A DNA stretch of 60,706 nt from Dehalococcoidales bacterium (GTDB taxonomy: Bacteria; Chloroflexota; Dehalococcoidia; Dehalococcoidales; RBG-16-60-22). Made by a program: the position numbers and the translations under genes. A model generated the notes under the pieces. It was not told the DNA's origin. It made no database searches and worked only from the letters and a program-made list of their open reading frames with translations. Shown here in pieces: positions 54,262 to 60,706 of the stretch (the stretch's first letter is position 1; each line of letters begins with the position of its first letter). The stretch spans positions 1 through 60,706 of the forward strand of contig DAOTYE010000021.1 of the NCBI GenBank assembly GCA_034434915.1, written 5' to 3'.

Positions 54262-55572
54262 TCACATTTCCCTCACGTACTCCATCACCTCCGCCACCAG
54301 GAATAATGACCCCGTTGCGATGATGAGGTCATCCGCCCCTGCCTCAGCCAGCGCTTTCTCAATTGCCCCACCCACCGCCTCTGCCACCTCTGCCTTTATC
54401 CCATGCTTGCTGAACTCGCCTGCGAGAACATCAGTCCGGGCGGCGCGGGGGTGACGGGTGCGGGTCACTATCACCTTGCCTCCCAGGGACGCCAGCTCAG
54501 CCACCATGCCGCCAATGTCTTTCTCATGAGACGCGCCGAAAATGAGGATGGCGCGGTCATAAGTGAAATAATCTTTCAGCGCTTTCACCAGCCTCATCGT
54601 GGAATTGGCATTGTGTGCCCCGTCAACCACGAGCCACGGCTTCCGGCGCAGAACTTGAAGTCGTCCCTCCCACCTCACCCGCGCCAAACCTCTGGTGATG
54701 TCCGCCACTTTGACCTTTGCCCCTCTCTCAATCAAGCACTCAATCGCCGCCACCGCCACCGCCGCATTCTCTATCTGGTATTCCCCGACAAGCGGAATGG
54801 AAAGTTTATATTCCCCCCTCAGCCCCTTCAGGGAGAACGATTGCCCCTCCGGGCTGAACGATGTCCGGCGCCACGTCACCTCTTCACCCACCTTGACCAG
54901 CCTGGCTCCCTTTTCCTGGCACACTCTCTCCAGCACTGCCTTCGCCTCGGGAACCTGCGGCGAGGTCACCACCATGCACCCTGATTTGATGATGCCTGCC
55001 TTTTCCGTGGCGATTTTCTCCAGTGTCTCGCCCAGCACATCCATATGGTCGTAGCTGATGGAGGTGATGACGCAGACTTCCGGCTTGACCACGTTGGTGG
55101 CGTCCAGCCTGCCCCCCAGCCCCACCTCCTGTACCTGATAGTCCGCTTTCATCTCCCGGAAGTAGAGAAAGCCGAGCGCGGTAAGCAGTTCAAAAGTGGT
55201 CAGACTGCCAAAGGAGCTGTCCTTGTTAATTGTTTCCACCTCAGGCTTCATAACCGCGGTGAGCCGCGCGAACGCTTCTTCCGGAATAGGCGCGCCGTCA
55301 ACTTTAATGCGCTCCCTGATGGAGAGGAGATGTGGGGAAGTATGCAATCCGGTGCGGTAACCCGCCGCACTGAGAACGGAGGCAATCATGGCTGAGGTGC
55401 TCCCTTTGCCCTTGGTGCCGGTGATGTGGACCGCTTTTGCCGCCAGGTGCGGGTTGCCCAGCCTCTCCAGCAGCAAATTCATGCGCCGCAAATCAAAGAC
55501 CACCGCCGAACGGGGCAGGCGCTCGTAATCAGCAAAGCTGAGGATATAGTCAACCGCATTTTGAAAGTCCAT
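54262..55572 (-). CDS. folC: Folylpolyglutamate/dihydrofolate synthase
   Basis: HITGTKGKGST, TSPHL..IRERI, EVGLGGRLDATN, EKAGIIK, DGAHN, TGSLFLV. Confidence 0.96.
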   Translation of the reverse strand: MDFQNAVDYILSFADYERLPRSAVVFDLRRMNLLLERLGNPHLAAKAVHITGTKGKGSTSAMIASVLSAAGYRTGLHTSPHLLSIRERIKVDGAPIPEEAFARLTAVMKPEVETINKDSSFGSLTTFELLTALGFLYFREMKADYQVQEVGLGGRLDATNVVKPEVCVITSISYDHMDVLGETLEKIATEKAGIIKSGCMVVTSPQVPEAKAVLERVCQEKGARLVKVGEEVTWRRTSFSPEGQSFSLKGLRGEYKLSIPLVGEYQIENAAVAVAAIECLIERGAKVKVADITRGLARVRWEGRLQVLRRKPWLVVDGAHNANSTMRLVKALKDYFTYDRAILIFGASHEKDIGGMVAELASLGGKVIVTRTRHPRAARTDVLAGEFSKHGIKAEVAEAVGGAIEKALAEAGADDLIIATGSLFLVAEVMEYVREM

Positions 55573-55647
55573 GATTGTCTATATCTTATGCTTTTAAGAA
55601 AAGGGAGTAAAGTATATCCGTCTGCGATTGCGAGCCTGCCGCCTTCT

Positions 55648-55782
55648 GTCATTGCGAAAAGCATAGCGAAGTTCCAATCTCCTCTTTCCGCCATTCCAGC
55701 CTTCGCTGGAATCCAGAGGAGAGCGAGGGTAAAAGAAAAGCGGTTCGCCTCCCTTTCGCAAAGGGAGATTGAAAGGGATTTT
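55648..55782. repeat. Mosaic of REP-like elements, including a short copy of the 54139 element
   Basis: GTCATTGCGA...CAATCT (55648-80); GCCATTCCAGCCTTCGCTGGAATCCA; then GAGGGTAAAAGAAAAGCGGTTCGCCTCCCTTTCGCAAAGGGAGATTGAAAGGGATTTT. Confidence 0.8.
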
Positions 55783-55831
55783 TGACCATCCGTCTCTCAA
55801 TAAAAATCGCTAAAAATTCCCTCCAACCCCC

Positions 55832-55885
55832 TTGACAAACACTATAGATTGTGGTATTTTCAAACTTGCCCACTACAGCATGTGG
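55832..55885 (+). promoter_or_regulatory. nrdR-nrdJ promoter with tandem NrdR boxes
   Basis: TTGACA 55832-37, N17, TATTTT; boxes ACACTATAGATTGTGG (55839-54) and CCACTACAGCATGTGG (55870-85), starts 31 bp apart. Confidence 0.88.
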
Positions 55886-55895
55886 TAGGTGCGGT

Positions 55896-56453
55896 ATGGA
55901 TTGTCCCTATTGTGGCTACCATGATTCAAAGGTGATTGACTCCAGAGACGTCAATAAAGGCATACGGCGCCGACGGCAATGCCTGAAGTGCGGCTCGCGC
56001 TTCACCACGTATGAGCGTCCCCAGCCCGCCAGCCTCTTCGTCATCAAGAAGGACCAGCGGCGGGAGGAGTTCAGCCGGGAGAAGCTCCTCACCGGCATCC
56101 GTAAAGCCTGTGAAAAGCGCCCCCTCGCCAGCGGCACGGTGGAGAAAGTGGTTGATGACATTGAAGCTGAGCTTTACCGTTCCGGCAAGCTGGAAGTCCC
56201 CAGCACCATCATCGGCGATATGGTCATGGAGCGCCTGAAAACGCTGGACCACATCGCCTATATCCGCTTCGCCAGCGTCTACCGCGAGTTCGCTGACATC
56301 ACCAGGCTGAAACAGGAGGTGGACGCCCTGCTGACCGCCGGTGCTCCCTCTGCCCAGCCACCCTCCAGCCAGCTCAGACTTATTGACTCGGAAAAGCTGG
56401 AGACACTGAAAAAGGAAATCAGTCAGGCTAAAACCAGTACAGGAGTCCATTAA
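55896..56453 (+). CDS. nrdR: Transcriptional repressor NrdR
   Basis: CPYC...DSKVIDSR...IRRRRQC..C..RFTTYE; ATP-cone; AYIRFASVYREF. ORF track start is 55851. Confidence 0.97.
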   Translation: MDCPYCGYHDSKVIDSRDVNKGIRRRRQCLKCGSRFTTYERPQPASLFVIKKDQRREEFSREKLLTGIRKACEKRPLASGTVEKVVDDIEAELYRSGKLEVPSTIIGDMVMERLKTLDHIAYIRFASVYREFADITRLKQEVDALLTAGAPSAQPPSSQLRLIDSEKLETLKKEISQAKTSTGVH

Positions 56454-56462
56454 ACATAAAGT

Positions 56463-59024
56463 ATGAACGCTGAAAACAGACCAATCACCTCTATCAACCG
56501 TAATCGTGTGGCGCGGGCGATTTTCGCCGCGGCTGAGGGCATGGGCATATCCGACCGGCAAATCATTGAGCGGCTCACCGCTCAGGTCATTGAGCGATTG
56601 GAAAGCAAGTTCGCCACTGCTCCGCCCACCACCCTGCCCGGCATGGAACACCTCGTGCCAAAGGTGCGCCATGAGAAGAAGCACCTGCCCACGGACTCTG
56701 AAATCATGGCGGTGGTGGAGGAAATCCTCGCCGCCGAAGAACAAAAACACGCCGAGGAGAAAAAACCGATGGAAAACATCACCACTGCACCGCAGAAAGA
56801 CCAGCCGGACACTGGCGTAAAGTTGACACAGAATGCCCTCCAGGTGCTCCAGAAGCGCTACCTGATGAAAGACAAAAAAGGGCAGGTCATTGAGACGCCT
56901 GCGCAGATGTTCCGCCGCGTGGCGAAAGCCATTGCCAGCGCCGAACTGAAATATAACCCGAAAGCTGATGTCAAGGCGGTGGAAGATACCTTTTATCGCA
57001 CCATGACCGAGCTTGAGTTCCTGCCCAACTCCCCCACCCTGATGAACGCCGGGAGAGAGCTGGGTCAGCTTTCCGCCTGCTTCGTCCTCCCCATTGAGGA
57101 CTCCATGGAGTCCATCTTTGACGCCGTAAAGTACACCGCTCTCATCCACAAAAGCGGCGGTGGCACGGGGTTCTCCTTCTCCCGTTTGCGCCCGGAAAAA
57201 GACCGGGTGGGCTCCACCGGCGGCGTCGCCAGCGGACCAGTCTCCTTCATGCGCGCCTTTGACGCCGCCACGGACGTCATCAAGCAGGGCGGCATGCGCC
57301 GCGGCGCCAATATGGGCATCCTCAATGTGGACCACCCGGACATTGAGCGCTTCATCAAAGCGAAGGAGGACTCTTCTGCCCTCACCAACTTCAATATCTC
57401 CGTGGCGGTCACCAGCAAGTTCATGGAGGCGGTCAAGGCGGACGCTGAATACGAACTCATCAACCCCCGCACGAAAGAGGTGGAGGGCAAGCTCAGAGCT
57501 AAAGACGTCTTTAATAAAATCGTGGACATGGCGTGGCGGACGGGCGACCCCGGCATCGTCTTCATTGACCGCATCAATGCAGACAACCCCACGCCGCACC
57601 TCGGCGCCATTGAGAGCACCAATCCCTGCGGCGAACAGCCCCTCCTCCCCTATGAATCGTGCAATCTGGGGTCAATCAACCTCGCTAAAATGCTCCAAAA
57701 GACTGACGGCAAGGTTGTCATTGACTACCCCCGCCTCGCCCGGACAGTCAGGACTGCCGTCCGCTTCCTGGACAACGTCATTGACGTCAATAAGTTCCCG
57801 CTTCCCCAGATTGAAGAGATGACCCGCAAGACGCGCAAAATCGGACTGGGGGTGATGGGCTTTGCCGATATGCTCATCAAGCTGGGCATACCCTATAACT
57901 CGGAGCAGGCACTCAAGATTGCTGAAGACCTCATGAAGTTCATCAACGAGGAGGCAACCAGAGCCTCCGTAGACCTGGCGAGAGAGCGCGGCGTTTTCCC
58001 TGCCTTCAAGGGCAGTATTTATGACGCTCCCGGTCAGCCACAGGTGAGGAATGCCTGCCGCACCACCATTGCCCCCACCGGCACGTTGAGCATCATCGCC
58101 GGCTGTTCCAGCGGCATTGAGCCGCTCTTTGCCCTCAGTTTCACCAAGAACATCCTTGACGGCGCCCGGCTCATTGAAGTCAACCCGGACTTTGAAGAGG
58201 TCGCCCGGAAAGAAGGCTTTTACTCTGAAGAGCTGATGCGGAAGCTGGCTGAAGGTGCCCACCTGAGTGAAATAGAAGGCATCCCTGACTGGGTCAAAAA
58301 GGTGTTTGTCACCGCCCATGAAATCAGTCCGGAGTGGCATGTGAAGATGCAGGCGGCTTTCCAGAAACATACCAATAATGCCGTCTCAAAGACCATCAAC
58401 CTGCCCCATGAAGCCACCCGCGAGGACGTGGCAAAGTGCTACCTGCTCGCCTACGAGGAGGGCTTGAAAGGTATCACCATTTACCGCGACCGCAGTCGCG
58501 AGACTCAGGTGCTGACCACAGGTAAGAATGAAAAAACAGCCAAAGCAGAGGGGGTCTCCCGCACGCCGCGCAAGCGAGCCAAGGTCACCACCGGCGTCAC
58601 CGAGAAGGTAACCACCGGCTGTGGTCACCTCTATATCACCGTGAACCGGGATGAGCACGGCATCTGTGAGGTCTTCTCCCACCTGGGCAAGACCGGCGCC
58701 TGCGCTTCTGCTCAGCTTGAAGCTACATGCCGCCTTATTTCTCTGGCTCTCAGGTCTGGCGCAGATGTAGCCTCCATCGTGAAACAACTGCGCGGCATCA
58801 GATGCTCTTCTATTGCCTGGGAGGAAGGGAAAGCCGTCCTGTCATGTGCTGATGCCATCGCCAGTGTTATGGAAAAACATGTCCCGGGCTATAACAGCAA
58901 ACAAAAACTGGAAGATTATGGCTTAGCCAAGAACATCGCCGGGCAGTGTCCTGACTGCAGTAGCACCCTGGTCTATCAGGAGGGGTGCTTCATCTGTCCC
59001 GCCTGCGGCTATACCAAGTGCTAG
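56463..59024 (+). CDS. nrdJ: Class II (adenosylcobalamin-dependent) ribonucleotide reductase with TSCPD and Zn-ribbon C-terminus
   Basis: FLPNSPTLMNAG, QLSACFV, RRGANM, TNPCGEQPL, TTIAPTG, KGITIYRD, CPDC...EGC..C..CGYTKC. Confidence 0.96.
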   Translation: MNAENRPITSINRNRVARAIFAAAEGMGISDRQIIERLTAQVIERLESKFATAPPTTLPGMEHLVPKVRHEKKHLPTDSEIMAVVEEILAAEEQKHAEEKKPMENITTAPQKDQPDTGVKLTQNALQVLQKRYLMKDKKGQVIETPAQMFRRVAKAIASAELKYNPKADVKAVEDTFYRTMTELEFLPNSPTLMNAGRELGQLSACFVLPIEDSMESIFDAVKYTALIHKSGGGTGFSFSRLRPEKDRVGSTGGVASGPVSFMRAFDAATDVIKQGGMRRGANMGILNVDHPDIERFIKAKEDSSALTNFNISVAVTSKFMEAVKADAEYELINPRTKEVEGKLRAKDVFNKIVDMAWRTGDPGIVFIDRINADNPTPHLGAIESTNPCGEQPLLPYESCNLGSINLAKMLQKTDGKVVIDYPRLARTVRTAVRFLDNVIDVNKFPLPQIEEMTRKTRKIGLGVMGFADMLIKLGIPYNSEQALKIAEDLMKFINEEATRASVDLARERGVFPAFKGSIYDAPGQPQVRNACRTTIAPTGTLSIIAGCSSGIEPLFALSFTKNILDGARLIEVNPDFEEVARKEGFYSEELMRKLAEGAHLSEIEGIPDWVKKVFVTAHEISPEWHVKMQAAFQKHTNNAVSKTINLPHEATREDVAKCYLLAYEEGLKGITIYRDRSRETQVLTTGKNEKTAKAEGVSRTPRKRAKVTTGVTEKVTTGCGHLYITVNRDEHGICEVFSHLGKTGACASAQLEATCRLISLALRSGADVASIVKQLRGIRCSSIAWEEGKAVLSCADAIASVMEKHVPGYNSKQKLEDYGLAKNIAGQCPDCSSTLVYQEGCFICPACGYTKC

Positions 59025-59043
59025 ATAGGAGAAGAGGTATCTC

Positions 59044-59937
59044 ATGCCACTTAAAACATGGTTCTTTGAGACCAGACCGCAGTTCTTAATCCTTTCAGTG
59101 GTGCTCGCCTTTCTGGGCACGAGCATCGCCTGGTATGACGGCTATTTCCATCTGGGACATGCCATGCTCGCAGGCATCGGGCTTGTCCTCACCCACGTGA
59201 GCGTCAATACCCTTAACGATTACTTTGACTACCGCAGTGGCATTGACCTGGCAACCAAACGCACCCCCTTCAGCGGTGGTAGCGGCATTCTTCCTGCCGC
59301 CCTACTCAAGTCAAATCAGGTGCTCTGGCTGGGGCTGGGGTCGCTTTTCATCGCCGCGCTCATCGGCGTCTATTTCATCATCGTGAAAGGCTGGCTCCTG
59401 CTACCCCTGCTTGCTGTCGCCGCACTGTGCATCCTGCTCTACACCCCCTTCATCCTCAAAACCCCCTATCCTGAATGGGCGGCGGGGCTGGGGCTGGGCA
59501 TCTTGCCGGTGCTCGGTATCTACTTCGCTCAGACGGGCACATATACGTGGGCGGTATTCATTGCCTCGGTCCCGTCGGGGATTCTGGTATATAACCTCCT
59601 CTTCCTCAACGAGTTCCCGGACGTGGAAGCGGACCGGAAAGCGGGCAGAAAGACCACGCCCATACTGGTCGGGAAGGACAGGGCAAGCACGGTCTATGCC
59701 TTCGCCACAATCGCAGTCTACGCGTGGATTATCGGCAGTGTGATTGCCGGAGCCATGCCCGCGTTTGCCAGCATTGCCCTGCTCACCATACCGCTGGCAG
59801 TCAAGGCAATCCAGGGTGCCCTCAGCCACCAGGATATGAGCAGTCTCATGCCGGGCATGGCGAACAACGTGCTGGTGGTGCTCGTCACGCAGTTCCTGCT
59901 TGGTCTGGGCTTCATCCTGGCAAAGGTCTTTAGCTAA
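59044..59937 (+). CDS. menA: UbiA family prenyltransferase, MenA-like
   Basis: RPQFL, NDYFDYRSGID, GGSG, NEFPDVEADRKAGRKT. Confidence 0.75.
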   Translation: MPLKTWFFETRPQFLILSVVLAFLGTSIAWYDGYFHLGHAMLAGIGLVLTHVSVNTLNDYFDYRSGIDLATKRTPFSGGSGILPAALLKSNQVLWLGLGSLFIAALIGVYFIIVKGWLLLPLLAVAALCILLYTPFILKTPYPEWAAGLGLGILPVLGIYFAQTGTYTWAVFIASVPSGILVYNLLFLNEFPDVEADRKAGRKTTPILVGKDRASTVYAFATIAVYAWIIGSVIAGAMPAFASIALLTIPLAVKAIQGALSHQDMSSLMPGMANNVLVVLVTQFLLGLGFILAKVFS

Positions 59938-59945
59938 ACAATGCC

Positions 59946-60650
59946 ATGAGCAAGCCGCTCCACTATATGTTCACCACCGTCCCGCCGCGCTATGACCTTG
60001 TCAACCGCGTGACGACGTGGGGGCTGGACGCAAGGTGGCGCCGTCTGGCGGCGCGGGAATGCCTCTCCTCGCACCCCTTTGCCGTGCTGGACATCGGCTG
60101 TGGCACCGGTGACCTCATCCTGACCATCGCTCAGCAGGCGGAAAAGGATGTGGAACTCTCTGCCATTGACTATAGCCAGCCCATGCTGGACATCGCCGTA
60201 AAGAAAGCCAAGCGCCTGGGTCTGGAAAGGAAAGTTACCTTCATTCACGGAGACGTCACCAGCCTGCCCTTTCCGGACGGCTCATTTGACTGCGTGGGCA
60301 TCTCCTTCGCCTTCCGCAACCTGACCTATAAAAACCCGCACGGCATGCGCCACTTCCCTGAGGTGCTGAGGGTGCTCAAGCCCGGCGGAAAGTATGTCAT
60401 CGTGGAGACCAGCCAGCCGCAGTCAAAAATTATACGCAGTCTGTTCCACCTTTACCTGCGCTGGTTTGCCTATCCCGCGGGCTATCTCATCTCCGGGAAT
60501 AAAGGCGCCTATCGCTATCTGGCGGAGTCAGCGGCGCATTTCTACACCGCCGATGAAATCAAGGGTATGCTAATCACCACGGGCTTCCGCCAGGTGACCT
60601 ACCGCCCCCTCCTCTGGGGTGCGGCAGGCATCCACGTGGCAGTAAAGTAA
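59946..60650 (+). CDS. menG: UbiE/MenG family quinone C-methyltransferase
   Basis: MF..V..RYD..N.V.T.GLD..WRR, LDIGCGTGD, LPF.D.SFD, SFAFRN, VLKPGG, Y.YLAES. Confidence 0.85.
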   Translation: MSKPLHYMFTTVPPRYDLVNRVTTWGLDARWRRLAARECLSSHPFAVLDIGCGTGDLILTIAQQAEKDVELSAIDYSQPMLDIAVKKAKRLGLERKVTFIHGDVTSLPFPDGSFDCVGISFAFRNLTYKNPHGMRHFPEVLRVLKPGGKYVIVETSQPQSKIIRSLFHLYLRWFAYPAGYLISGNKGAYRYLAESAAHFYTADEIKGMLITTGFRQVTYRPLLWGAAGIHVAVK

Positions 60651-60652
60651 TC

Positions 60653-60706
60653 TTAAATCTGCTTCTCTATGTACACTTCCCGCAGACCATTCAGGGCGGC
60701 AAAGAA
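60653..60706 (-). CDS. Partial CDS (3' end only), function unknown
   Basis: Reverse frame FFAALNGLREVYIEKQI*, convergent with menG. Confidence 0.5.
   Translation of the reverse strand, partial: FFAALNGLREVYIEKQI

Noticed and set aside
55926-57599. 557-aa antisense ORF over nrdR/nrdJ (also 35150..35908, 47703..48524, 37966..38649 and similar)
   Set aside because: Shadow ORFs expected opposite high-GC3 genes; no motifs, no RBS, and fully overlapping well-supported genes

Overview
Chromosomal, gene-dense bacterial DNA. Gene content and style suggest an anaerobic Chloroflexota, probably Dehalococcoidia (inference, not verified). About 60 CDS, one tRNA-Lys(UUU), three decayed or frameshifted genes (sulfite-oxidase-like, HpcH aldolase remnant, ilvD remnant) and several REP-like elements. 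No CRISPR, rRNA or transposase was found. Main blocks: a divergent corrinoid methyl-transfer module (4.9-12 kb); PycB-like/DinB/giant CoA-activase/P-type ATPase (12.5-21.5 kb); a mutS2-acVLRF1-(gcvT::glyA fusion) run (30.5-36.4 kb); parA plus a small ribbon-helix-helix-like partner (37.7-38.9 kb); hppA; a racemase/VOC/ComDE-like catabolic cluster; ribD, folC; and nrdR-nrdJ-menA-menG. The strongest unexplained signal is a family of in-register tandem 8-bp repeats (core TTGCGCAA/TTACGCAG). It blankets the perfect sigma70 promoter of parA and recurs as five further arrays over the next 12.5 kb, two of them wholly inside unrelated coding sequences. This is a candidate undescribed chromosomal type-Ib-like ParA/RHH/centromere system. 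All calls come from reading motifs by eye; no database search or computation was run.
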